From contig JBHIBG010000003.1 of NCBI GenBank assembly GCA_046758965.1, forward strand, positions 1-64,000: a stretch of 64,000 nucleotides of DNA. Direction: 5' to 3'. Below the pieces are notes generated by a model. That model made no database searches and was not told where the DNA came from. It saw only the letters and a list, made by a program, of their open reading frames with translations. Positions within the stretch are counted from its first letter, which is position 1. The number at the start of each line of letters is the position of its first letter. The position numbers and the translations under genes are program-made. The stretch is from Candidatus Methylomirabilia bacterium (GTDB taxonomy: Bacteria > Methylomirabilota > Methylomirabilia > Rokubacteriales > CSP1-6). Below, piece after piece: positions 27,592-36,190 of this stretch.

Positions 27592-28730
27592 GACTTGTCT
27601 GTCAGGACCTTCTGGGCCGCGCGGATCGAGGTGCCCAGATCAACGGGGTGCCCGAGCTCCGCCAGCACCTGCTCGAGCGCTGACAGCGCCACGATCACGT
27701 CGAAGTCGCCCACGTACCCCATGTGGCCGAGACGGACGAGCGTGCCCTTCATCTCCCCCTGCCCGCCCGCGATGGTGATGTTGTGGGTCTTCGCGAACCC
27801 CTTCACCACCACCTCGCCGTCGATCCCCCGCGGTGCGACCAGGGCGGTGATCGCCGGGCTCGGGGTGGCCTTCGCGAAGAGCTCGAGCCCCAGCGCCTCG
27901 ACCCCCGCGCGCGTGGCGCGGGCCAGCCGGTCGTGACGCCGGAAGAGACTCGCGAGCCCCTCGGCCTCCAGCATGGTGAGGGCCTGACGAAGCCCGACGA
28001 TGATGGAGACCGCAGGGGTGAAGTGGGCCTGGTTCTTCTGCTGCGCCTCGAGCTCTTGAGCCAGGTCGAAGTAGTACCTGGGGAGCGTGGAGTCCTTGGC
28101 CAGCCGCCAGGCCTTCGCGGAGAGCGCGCAGAACGCGAGCCCGGGCGGGAGCATGAGCCCCTTCTGGGAGCCGGCCACCACGAAATCCACGCCCCAGGCG
28201 TCCATGGGGAGGTCGGCCACGCCCAGACTGGAGACGGCGTCCACCACCAGGATCGCGGGGGTGGTCCGGGTCACCCGAGCATAGCCTTCCACATCATGCA
28301 GGACGCCGGTGGACGTCTCGCTGTGCTGGCAGAAGACCGCCTTGACCCCGGGACTCTTCCTGAGCTCCTCGGCCAGCCGATCCGGAGGCACGGTGTGGCC
28401 ATAGGGAGCCTCCAGCGGGATCACCTCGACCCCGTAAGCCTGGCAGATCTCAGCCCACCGCTCGCCGAACTTCCCCGCCCGAACCACGATCGCGCGGTCG
28501 CCGCGACAGAGCATGTTGACGACAGCGGCCTCCATGGCGCCTGTGCCGGAGGCGGCGAAGAGGACGGGCTCCTCGCGGGTCTGAACGAGCCTCTTGAGCC
28601 CGGCGCGAACCTCGCTGAAGAGCGCCTCGTAGGCCGGCGTGCGGTGGTGGATGATGGGCTGGGCCATCGCGAGGAGCACTTCCTGGGGGACCGGCGTGGG
28701 CCCCGGCGCCATCAGGTAATACTTCTTCAT
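27588..28730 (-). CDS. Class V PLP aminotransferase (probable phosphoserine aminotransferase role)
   Basis: ATG at 28730 with AAGGAG; 'PGPT', 'SGTGAME', 'HSETSTG', 'DAVSS', 'GSQKG'; ATGA overlap with serA. Confidence 0.9.
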   Translation of the reverse strand: MKKYYLMAPGPTPVPQEVLLAMAQPIIHHRTPAYEALFSEVRAGLKRLVQTREEPVLFAASGTGAMEAAVVNMLCRGDRAIVVRAGKFGERWAEICQAYGVEVIPLEAPYGHTVPPDRLAEELRKSPGVKAVFCQHSETSTGVLHDVEGYARVTRTTPAILVVDAVSSLGVADLPMDAWGVDFVVAGSQKGLMLPPGLAFCALSAKAWRLAKDSTLPRYYFDLAQELEAQQKNQAHFTPAVSIIVGLRQALTMLEAEGLASLFRRHDRLARATRAGVEALGLELFAKATPSPAITALVAPRGIDGEVVVKGFAKTHNITIAGGQGEMKGTLVRLGHMGYVGDFDVIVALSALEQVLAELGHPVDLGTSIRAAQKVLTDKS

Positions 28731-28753
28731 CGTTTCTCCTTTCGGGATCGCTT

Positions 28754-28769
28754 TGTGAACGCTATCACA
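28754..28769. promoter_or_regulatory. TGTGA-N6-TCACA palindrome (CRP-family or Rex-like operator)
   Basis: TGTGAACGCTATCACA, 24 bp upstream of the aminotransferase start. Confidence 0.6.
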
Positions 28770-29285
28770 CAGTCTCGGGCCGCGCAATCCTGTTCACTCC
28801 GGAGCTGACAGCTGAAGCTCACTTGTTGTTTTTCAAAGGGCACGTTCCAAAGCATACCATCGAGCACCTTCGCTCAACATTTGAAGGAGTTTCCCCACCG
28901 ATTCCCGAGCCAGATATGGTCTCCGGGCCCAGCCCGTGAGAACTCTCGCTCACCCCCAGCAGACGGTCCTCTTCGTGTCTCACCTATCGGCGCTCTCCCT
29001 GTTTCCACGGCCCTCCAGCATCGCCTCCACCGGCCCAGGATTCGAATCTCAGGCTTACCCCTGTCTCCTCTTCTCCCAAATCTGAGACAATTACGAATCG
29101 GGTGGACGCCCACGCAGCGGCCGGAAGGGACCCTAGCTCTCCCTGGCCGAAGCCGCTACCACGGCCGTTCGTGACTACGATAAGCCGCCAGGAGGCGTGG
29201 CCCCGTCAACCCCTAAAACTCCAGGAGGGCGAGGATTGGTCTTCATGATGTGGTCGTGGTCATGCACCCACAGGCTCGAACCGGC

Positions 29286-29315
29286 TTGACAGGAGTATAA
29301 CAATTTTGTTATCTT
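29286..29315 (+). promoter_or_regulatory. TA promoter with overlapping palindromic operator
   Basis: TTGACA-18 nt-TATCTT; palindrome ATAACAA-TT-TTGTTAT (29297-29312) overlaps the -10. Confidence 0.6.
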
Positions 29316-29701
29316 CTGGAGGCGGGTGGGAGATCGACGATGTGCGCACAGACCAGGGTCGACGGCCGGTCAAGGAGTTCTTCGACGGGCTATCGAAAGG
29401 AGCCAAGGCGAAGGTCTATGCGGCGCTCACGATGCTCGAACGAGAGGGCAACCGTCTCGGGTTCCCGAAATCCAAAAGCTTGGGGCAGGGACTTCACGAG
29501 TTGCGAATCCCGCACCCGCAGGGGCCGTTCAGGATTATTTACTGCTTTCAGCCCGACCGACGTGTCGTTTTGCTCCATGCCTTTGTAAAGCGAACGGAGC
29601 AGATACCGGGGCGTGAGCTTGAATTAGCACGGAAGAGAAAACCTCGTCAAATCAGAGTGAGAAGAAGTGGGGGGAAACCATGGCTAGGCGAAGGACCCTG
29701 A
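29306..29701 (+). CDS. Type II toxin, RelE/ParE superfamily (Gp49/DUF891-like)
   Basis: 'GRRPVKEFF', 'GLHELRI', 'FRIIYCF', 'VLLHAFVKRT'; start uncertain (TTG 29306 or GTG 29342). Confidence 0.85.
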   Translation: MLSSGGGWEIDDVRTDQGRRPVKEFFDGLSKGAKAKVYAALTMLEREGNRLGFPKSKSLGQGLHELRIPHPQGPFRIIYCFQPDRRVVLLHAFVKRTEQIPGRELELARKRKPRQIRVRRSGGKPWLGEGP

Positions 29702-30003
29702 TGGACGAAATTCACAAGGAACTCAGGAGCGATCGTGAGCTCAACGCGCTCTACCAGAGGGAGCTGGCACGCCTTCAATTGGCAAACCAGATCGTGAAGG
29801 TGCGAGAGCGAGCCCGACTAAGCCAAGCGGCCCTTGCGCGACTTGTCGGGACTCGGCAATCAGGTATCGCCCGGATGGAGCGAAGCGCCTACACGGGCTA
29901 CACCGTGGCGACGCTCGCAAAGATCGCAGCCGCTACCGGCTGCACGCTCGATGTGAGGCTGGTCGTTCCCAAGAGCAGGGCCGCCACACTCGCCGGTCGC
30001 TGA
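29680..30003 (+). CDS. Xre/HTH antitoxin (HigA-like)
   Basis: 'LSQAALARLVGTRQSGIARME', 'TLAKIA'; overlaps the toxin 3' end. Confidence 0.85.
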   Translation: MARRRTLMDEIHKELRSDRELNALYQRELARLQLANQIVKVRERARLSQAALARLVGTRQSGIARMERSAYTGYTVATLAKIAAATGCTLDVRLVVPKSRAATLAGR

Positions 30004-30177
30004 AATTGGCCGGCCCAATTAGCGCGGGCGTCGTAGGCTCACGTCAACCCGTTTTTACCCCGTGACCCCTCGCGACGTTACCTCCGGGACCGCATGCCAG
30101 TCGATCTTGCCTTCTGATCCCCTCCAGCATCATCGGGCACCACCAAGTCCTCACCCGGTTCCACGACGATCCCGGAA

Positions 30178-31725
30178 TCACTTCGTGTGGGGCCGGAGCG
30201 AGACCGTGGTGCGAGGGGCGCTCTTGACCGAGCGGCCCAGGGCGGTCACGAAGAGGGCGTCCTTCCCTTCGGCGTGGGGGGCGAAGAAGCCCACCACCTC
30301 GCCGTCGTAGTACGTGAGCCCGGAGGCGCCAAATCCGCAGGCGTAGGCTGCCAGGTAGCAGCGGCCCCCGATCAGCCCCGCCTCCAGGTTGGCCAGGCGG
30401 TAGCCCCGGTTGCCGTAGTGTCGGAGGATCGGGGTCAGCCCGGCGAGGAAGAAGACCACGACACTGGCGTCGGCGGCGAGCTCCTGTTCCAGGCAGAGAT
30501 AGCCGGCCCGAGCCCGGAACTCTCCCGCCCTGACAAGCTCCAGTCCGTGCGCCCCCCACGAGTAGCAGTACGCGCCGGGCCGAAGCCCCTCCACGGCGTT
30601 CACGATGAGGTAGAGATCGACGAGCCCGGAGGGAAAGTCAGCCGGGAACCCGCGCGTGGCGTGGAAGAGGACCGTGGAGAGCTCCTCAGAGGTGATCGGC
30701 TCTCGCGCGAACTCGCGCGTCGAGGCGCGCCGAAGGATGGTCTCTCCCAGGCTCTGCCCCGACCGGCTCTTCGAAGCAGGGAGCGGCAGAAGATCTCCCG
30801 GCGGGGCGGGCCGCCGGGCTCCCGCCCCCATCCGCCACTGGCTCACTTCGCCGGAATCCGCGAGCGTCGAGGCCGTGTGCATCTGCCTGAGGAGCGGGTA
30901 GTCCACCTCGCGCTTCGAGAGCGGGAGGTAGGAGGGAGCGATCTCCTCCACGCGCGGGGGCCGAGGCGCCTCCGTGCCCTCGCCTCCCACGGCCACCAGC
31001 TCGAGGCTCCCTTCTTTCTCGACCTCGAGGCCCAGGAGCCTGTTCACCCGGTCGTCCACGAAGCCGGCGACGATCCGGGCGGGGAACCCGGCCCCGGCCG
31101 CCACGCTCATCAGATTTGCCAGCATGGTCCCCGAGTCCCAGAAGAGGTGGCGGTACGCGCGCGCTTCGTACTTCCAAGCGTTCCGCCAGTAGATGGCCGT
31201 GAGCGCCAGGATGGCGGGAGCGCGGGCGATGGCGGGATCAGAAGCCGCCTCGGCCAGCTCCTGACGGAAGTCCCCCTCTCTGAGCCGACGGAGCGAGAAG
31301 TCGCCGGGGCAGAAGTGATAGACACCCGCCGCAAGGTCCGGGACCGCCCCGGCTACGACATAGACTTCGGTTTGATAGAGCGCCCCGGTGGAAGGAGCCG
31401 CGCGGAAATGGATCGACTCCCCGCCGGGGTAGCTCTTCTTCTTGGTGATCGCCGCCGAGAAGAAGAGCAGGGTGGCGAGCCCATCGAGCGTCAGAGCGTT
31501 CGCTCCGGGGCGCCCGCCCGAGAGCGCCTCGAGCGTGTCGGCGGCCGGCGGGCCGACCTCCCGCGCCAGCTGGATCACGGGGAGGTCGGGGTACACCTTG
31601 TAGAGGAACGGCTTCGTCTCCCAATCCAGATAGTGGCCGCTCTGGCGGACCGACCACTCGCTGTGGGCGGTCTCGTCGTGATAGTGCCGAGCGACCTGGA
31701 TGTCGCGATTCGCGCCTGCGCTCAC
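30178..31725 (-). CDS. SagB/ThcOx-type double nitroreductase-domain dehydrogenase
   Basis: GTGA overlap with mtnA; 'RAAPSTGALY', 'YRHLFWDSG', second domain 'RRASTREF', 'YRLANLEAG'. Confidence 0.85.
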   Translation of the reverse strand: MSAGANRDIQVARHYHDETAHSEWSVRQSGHYLDWETKPFLYKVYPDLPVIQLAREVGPPAADTLEALSGGRPGANALTLDGLATLLFFSAAITKKKSYPGGESIHFRAAPSTGALYQTEVYVVAGAVPDLAAGVYHFCPGDFSLRRLREGDFRQELAEAASDPAIARAPAILALTAIYWRNAWKYEARAYRHLFWDSGTMLANLMSVAAGAGFPARIVAGFVDDRVNRLLGLEVEKEGSLELVAVGGEGTEAPRPPRVEEIAPSYLPLSKREVDYPLLRQMHTASTLADSGEVSQWRMGAGARRPAPPGDLLPLPASKSRSGQSLGETILRRASTREFAREPITSEELSTVLFHATRGFPADFPSGLVDLYLIVNAVEGLRPGAYCYSWGAHGLELVRAGEFRARAGYLCLEQELAADASVVVFFLAGLTPILRHYGNRGYRLANLEAGLIGGRCYLAAYACGFGASGLTYYDGEVVGFFAPHAEGKDALFVTALGRSVKSAPRTTVSLRPHTK

Positions 31726-32741
31726 TTCGAAAAGTCGTACGGGGGCCGGAAGACACCTCGCTCGGTCACGATGGCGGTGACCAGGGCGGCCGGGGTCACG
31801 TCGAAGGCGGGGTTGAAGACCGGAGAGGCGCCGGGCGCGATGAGGTCGCCACCGATCCCCCGGATCTCGCGCGGATCCCGCTCCTCGATCGGGATGAGCG
31901 CTCCGGAGGCGAGGCTCGGGTCGACCGTCGAGACCGGCGCGGCCACGTAGAAGGGCAGGCCGTGGTGCCGGGCCAGCACCGCCAGGCCGTAGGTGCCGAT
32001 CTTGTTGGCCGTGTCGCCGTTGGCGGCAATGCGGTCGGCCCCCGTGATGATCAAGTCCACCTGCCCCTGAGCCATGAGGCTCGCAGCTGCCGCATCCGCG
32101 ATGACCCGGTGAGGGATCCCCTCTTTGAGGCATTCCCACGCGGTGAGGCGGGATCCCTGAAGCACCGGCCGGGTCTCGTCCACCCAGAGGAGGGCGACCT
32201 TGCCCTGAATGTGGGCGGCCCGAACAACGCCGAGCGCCGTGCCGTAGCCGGCGGTGGCCAGGGCGCCGGTATTACAGTGGGTGAGGATCCGCGCGCGAGC
32301 CGGAATCAGCGCTGCCCCGTGCTGCCCCAGCGCGCGGTTGGCCGCCACGTCCTCTTCCAGCACCGTCTGGGCCTCGGCCAGGAGCCTGGCCCTGAGCTCA
32401 CCCAGGGGCAAGCTCCGGTGGTCAAGGGCGACGCGGCGCAGTCGCTCCAGCGCCCAGAAGAGGTTGACCGCGGTGGGTCGCGTGGCGGCGAGCTCCTTGA
32501 TGGCCACTTCCAGGTCGCCGAGCAAGCCGTCGAACGTAGCGGCGGGACTCTCACGGGCAGCCAGGGCCACCCCGAAGGCCGCGGCCACACCGATGGCGGG
32601 AGCGCCCCTGACCCGGAGCGTCCGGATGGCCTCGGCGACCGCGCGCCACTCCCCGCAACCCCACTCGACCTCCTCTGCGGGGAGCCGGGTCTGGTCGAGG
32701 AGCACTAAGCGGTCCCCTCTCCAGCGGACCGGGGCGATCAC
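31722..32741 (-). CDS. mtnA: S-methyl-5-thioribose-1-phosphate isomerase
   Basis: 'LDQTRLP', 'VRGAPAIG', 'RPTAVNL', 'THCNTG', 'ETRP', 'ANKIGTY', 'NPAFDVTP'. Confidence 0.96.
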   Translation of the reverse strand: MIAPVRWRGDRLVLLDQTRLPAEEVEWGCGEWRAVAEAIRTLRVRGAPAIGVAAAFGVALAARESPAATFDGLLGDLEVAIKELAATRPTAVNLFWALERLRRVALDHRSLPLGELRARLLAEAQTVLEEDVAANRALGQHGAALIPARARILTHCNTGALATAGYGTALGVVRAAHIQGKVALLWVDETRPVLQGSRLTAWECLKEGIPHRVIADAAAASLMAQGQVDLIITGADRIAANGDTANKIGTYGLAVLARHHGLPFYVAAPVSTVDPSLASGALIPIEERDPREIRGIGGDLIAPGASPVFNPAFDVTPAALVTAIVTERGVFRPPYDFSK

Positions 32742-32779
32742 CCGGGCTTCCTCAAACCCTCCAGCTTGGCTTCAAGGAC

Positions 32780-33316
32780 TCAGCTCGCCCCGGGCCCTTC
32801 ATCGGCCAGCTCCTGGGCGATGAGCGTCTGGTACATGTCGACAGTCGACCGAAGGCCTTCGGCGAGCTGGCGGCGGGTGCGCTTCAGCATCAGGATGTCG
32901 TTCTGGATCTTGGCTGCCTCCGCTCGCGCCTCCTCCATGAGCTTCTCTCCCTGGAGCTCGGCATCCCGGAGCAGGAACTGGGCCTCTTTCCGGGCGGAGT
33001 CCCTCAGCTCCTCAGCTGCACGCCCGGACGACTCCCTCAGCTCCTCAGCCTCCCGCCGGGCGGTCTCCTTCAGCTCCTCAGCCAGCCGCTGGCTGGTGAG
33101 CAGCGTCTCCTTGATCGTCCGCTCGAGGTCCTTGTAGCCGCGCGCCCGCTCCTCGGAGGCCGCCAGCTGCTCCTTGAGCAAGCTGTTCTCCCTCAGGAGG
33201 TGCTCGTAGTCCTCGGCCACCTCATTGAGGAAGGTGTCCACCTCGTCCATGTCGAAGCCGCGGAACAGCTTGACCGAAAATTGCTGTTGACGAATGTCCG
33301 GGGGACTGATGCGCAT
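32780..33316 (-). CDS. divIVA: DivIVA domain protein
   Basis: 'ISPPDIRQQQF...RGFDMDEVDTFL' plus long coiled coil. Confidence 0.9.
   Translation of the reverse strand: MRISPPDIRQQQFSVKLFRGFDMDEVDTFLNEVAEDYEHLLRENSLLKEQLAASEERARGYKDLERTIKETLLTSQRLAEELKETARREAEELRESSGRAAEELRDSARKEAQFLLRDAELQGEKLMEEARAEAAKIQNDILMLKRTRRQLAEGLRSTVDMYQTLIAQELADEGPGAS
33000..33082. repeat. 33-bp-period repeat within divIVA
   Basis: TCC(C/T)TCAGCTCCTCAGC at 33000, 33033 and 33066. Confidence 0.75.
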
Positions 33317-33337
33317 GGCGTAAACCTCCCTAACCCA

Positions 33338-33577
33338 TCATCGGGCCAGAAGCCCCTGAAGGATAAAAATGATGAGAATAGCAATCATCGGGGAGAGATC
33401 CAGCCCGATCTGCCGGGTGGGAAGGAGATCCCGGATAGGGCGGAGCACCGGCTCAGTCGCTTGGTAGAGAAACCGCACGATCGGATTGGACGGGTCGGGG
33501 TTTATCCAGGAAAGGAGCGCCCGGGCAATGATGATCCACATGTAGACCATCAGCAGCGTGTTCAGGAGGTTGGCCAC
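33338..33577 (-). CDS. yggT: YggT/YlmG family membrane protein
   Basis: 'ALLSWINPDPSNPIVRFLYQATEP', 'LDLSP'. Confidence 0.9.
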   Translation of the reverse strand: MANLLNTLLMVYMWIIIARALLSWINPDPSNPIVRFLYQATEPVLRPIRDLLPTRQIGLDLSPMIAILIIFILQGLLAR

Positions 33578-33585
33578 GGCGACAC

Positions 33586-34407
33586 CTACTTCCCTTGCCC
33601 CAGCTCTCGCGAGCGGAGGGTGGCACGCTCCACCGCATCGATGAAAGCGTGACGGACACGCCCCTCTTCCAGGGCAGCGATCCCCTTGATGGTGGTCCCG
33701 CCCGGCGAGGCGACCATATCCTTGAGCTGGCCCGGGTGAGCGCCGGTCTCGAGCAGGAGCCGGGCCGACCCGAGGACGGTCTGGGTCGCGAGCGTCATGG
33801 CTGTCGCCCGGTCGAGCCCCATCTTCACTCCGCCGTCGGCCAACGCCTCGATCACAATGGCGACATAGGCCGGCCCCGAGCCCGAAAGGCCGGTGACCGC
33901 ATCGATCTGGCCTTCCTCGAGCAGCACCACCTTGCCCACGGCTTCGAAGATCTCCCGGGCAGTCTCCAGATCTCCCGGCCTGAGCCTTTCGGCTCGCGCG
34001 ATGGCCGTGGTGCCCTCCAGCACCAGCGCCGGGGTGTTCGGCATGACGCGGATCAGGCGCACGCCTTCGGGGAGGAGGGCTCTGAGCGTAGAGGTCGAGA
34101 CGCCGGCGGCAATGGAGATGACGAGCTTCTCCGGGCTGACAGTGGGGGCCACCTCGGTCAGGGCAGCGGCGATCACCTGGGGCTTCAGGGCGAGGACGAT
34201 GACGTCGGCGCGTTTCACCAGGAGCGCGTTGTCCTCCACCGTCTGGATCCCGTAGAGCTCTCGCAGCTGGTCCAGGCGATCGAGCCTGACGTCGGCGGCG
34301 AAGATGGACTCGGCAGCGACCGTGCCGGCCCTGAGCAGGCCCTTGATCAGCGCCTCCCCCATGTTGCCGGCGCCGAGCAGGCCGATCGTCTTGCCCTTGA
34401 TGCTCAT
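33586..34407 (-). CDS. proC: Pyrroline-5-carboxylate reductase
   Basis: 'GAGNMG', 'RVMPNTP', 'GSGPAY', 'SPGGTT'. Confidence 0.96.
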   Translation of the reverse strand: MSIKGKTIGLLGAGNMGEALIKGLLRAGTVAAESIFAADVRLDRLDQLRELYGIQTVEDNALLVKRADVIVLALKPQVIAAALTEVAPTVSPEKLVISIAAGVSTSTLRALLPEGVRLIRVMPNTPALVLEGTTAIARAERLRPGDLETAREIFEAVGKVVLLEEGQIDAVTGLSGSGPAYVAIVIEALADGGVKMGLDRATAMTLATQTVLGSARLLLETGAHPGQLKDMVASPGGTTIKGIAALEEGRVRHAFIDAVERATLRSRELGQGK

Positions 34408-34411
34408 CTCG

Positions 34412-35116
34412 TCAGTCGGAGAGGGGTTCGCCCCCCTGCCGAGACCGTGGCGGCCTCGGGCCGAAGATGGCCGTGCCCACGCGGACCATGGTGGCGCCCT
34501 CTTCCACGGCCACCTCGAACTCTCCGGTCATGCCCATGGAGAGGTGCGTGAGACCGGCCTGGTCGCGAAGCTCACGGAGCTGGCGGAACCAGGGCCGGGC
34601 CGCCTCGGGATCCTCGACGGGCGGGGGCATCGTCATCAGCCCGAGCACCCGGAGACCCGGAAGGGCTCCGACCGCCTCCAGGGCCGGCTTCAGCTCATCG
34701 GGGGCGAAACCGGCCTTCGTCTCCTCCCCCGCGACGTTGACCTGGACGAGCGCATCGATGACCTTCCCTTCGGCCTGAGCCCGGCGATCGAGCTCTCGCG
34801 CCAGCTCCAGGCGGTCCACAGAGTGAATCAGGTCAAACAGCCGCACGGCCTCCCTCACTTTGTTGGTCTGGAGTGTCCCGACCAGATGCCAGGGAACCGG
34901 ACGGCCGAGGTGGGCGATCTTCGCCTTCGCCTCCTGCACCCGGTTTTCCCCCACGGCCCGTACCCCCGCGGCCAGGGCCTGGCGGATGCGCTCGACATCC
35001 ACGGCCTTGGAGACCGCCACCAGCAGGACCTCCTCCGGCTCCCGGCCCACCCGTCGGGCGGCCCGGTCAATCCGCGCCTCCACCGCCCGCAGATTCGCCG
35101 CTACGTCAACCGTCAT
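34412..35116 (-). CDS. yggS: PLP homeostasis protein
   Basis: ATG at 35116; 'VAVSK', 'GENRVQE', 'LQTNK', 'LSMGM', 'VRVGTAIFG'. Confidence 0.95.
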   Translation of the reverse strand: MTVDVAANLRAVEARIDRAARRVGREPEEVLLVAVSKAVDVERIRQALAAGVRAVGENRVQEAKAKIAHLGRPVPWHLVGTLQTNKVREAVRLFDLIHSVDRLELARELDRRAQAEGKVIDALVQVNVAGEETKAGFAPDELKPALEAVGALPGLRVLGLMTMPPPVEDPEAARPWFRQLRELRDQAGLTHLSMGMTGEFEVAVEEGATMVRVGTAIFGPRPPRSRQGGEPLSD

Positions 35117-35134
35117 CCCCCGCTCGCGGGGCTC

Positions 35135-35143
35135 ATTGTAGCA
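35135..35143 (-). promoter_or_regulatory. Extended -10 promoter element for yggS-proC-yggT-divIVA
   Basis: Minus strand TGCTACAAT 18 nt upstream of the ATG. Confidence 0.5.
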
Positions 35144-35229
35144 ACCCTCGCCCCTGTAGAACAAGACGCGGTGGCACAACGAAAGAAGATCCTTGACTTC
35201 GACACGGCCGCGCAGGAAGTTCTCCTCAC

Positions 35230-36009
35230 ATGCTCTTTTCTGGGAGGCGTTGGAGGAGTCGCCGGCTCTGGGCTCTCGCGCTGCTACTGGCCCCCTCGGT
35301 CGCAGCTGCCGAGACCGCGGCCGTGCGGCGGGTGCTCGATGGGGACAGCATCGTGCTGACCGACGGGCGCGCGGTCAGGTACCTCGGCATCAACGCGCCC
35401 GAGCGGGGGCAACCGTTTCATGCCCAGGCTCGACAGCTCAACCGGATCCTGACGAAAGCCGGGAGAGTCCGCCTGGAGTTCGATCGGGTGCGTCTGGACC
35501 GCTACGGGCGGCTCCTGGCGTATGTCTATGTCGGAGCCGAGATGGTGAATGCCAGACTCCTCCACGAGGGGCTGGCTCATCTCTTCATCATTCCCCCGAA
35601 CCTCAAGCACTACGAGCGGTTCCTGAGGCTCCAGGAGGCCGCACAGAGAGCCCGCCGGGGCATGTGGCGGCAGACCTCGGGCCCGGCGAAGATCACGAAG
35701 GTGGAGCTCGGGCTCCGGGGCCCCGAACACGTCAGGATTGCGAATGTGTCAGCCCGCCCGCTGGATCTGGCCGGCTTCAGGCTCTCCGATCGCGCCCGGC
35801 ACAGCTATCGCTTCCCGTCCGTGGTGCTGAACCCCGGCTACGTCCTCACGCTCAGGAGTGGCGCAGGCGCCGACCTCAGAGCCCGCTCCGGACCGATCCT
35901 GCTCCACTGGCACTCCCCGGGACCGATCTGGAATAACAGCGGCGACACCGCATTCCTCTTCGGTCCCGACGGCAGGCTGATCGACCGTTTCGAGGCCCGC
36001 CCGCGCTGA
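35230..36009 (+). CDS. Secreted thermonuclease (SNase-like) with lamin-tail domain
   Basis: Signal peptide; 'DGDS', 'VRYLGINAPE', 'DRYGRLLAYV'; LTD-like 'EHVRIAN...DLAGFRLSD...IWNNSGD'. Confidence 0.85.
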   Translation: MLFSGRRWRSRRLWALALLLAPSVAAAETAAVRRVLDGDSIVLTDGRAVRYLGINAPERGQPFHAQARQLNRILTKAGRVRLEFDRVRLDRYGRLLAYVYVGAEMVNARLLHEGLAHLFIIPPNLKHYERFLRLQEAAQRARRGMWRQTSGPAKITKVELGLRGPEHVRIANVSARPLDLAGFRLSDRARHSYRFPSVVLNPGYVLTLRSGAGADLRARSGPILLHWHSPGPIWNNSGDTAFLFGPDGRLIDRFEARPR

Positions 36010-36190
36010 GGGGCACCTCGCCCTTGACGGATTCGCGAGCTCACTCTTCATCCTCGCCGCCAAGATCGACCGCGACGCCGTTCAGGGCTAAGCGGCTTGA
36101 AAGCATCCACACGTTCGCGGCGGCACCCGAGCCTCGCAGGCTGGAGACAGCGAACCAGATCGCCAGCTCGCCCCATAGGAAGGTTCCTAC

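Noticed and set aside
28986..28998. 13-bp match (ATCGGCGCTCTCC) with the ftsZ start region at about 39725
   Set aside because: Matches of this length are expected by chance in 64 kb of GC-rich DNA.
28990..29065. TPP- or glycine-riboswitch-like words on the minus strand (GGGGT..CTGAGA..CCTG; GGAGAG..CCGA)
   Set aside because: Pairing partners and conserved cores are missing; kept only as a generic structured-RNA candidate.
29112..29135. GCCGGAAGGGA resembling the SRP RNA tetraloop
   Set aside because: Lacks the flanking CAGG/GCAGC internal-loop signature.
30178..31725. RiPP (azole peptide) cluster around the SagB-like gene
   Set aside because: No YcaO, cyclodehydratase, precursor peptide or exporter in the window.
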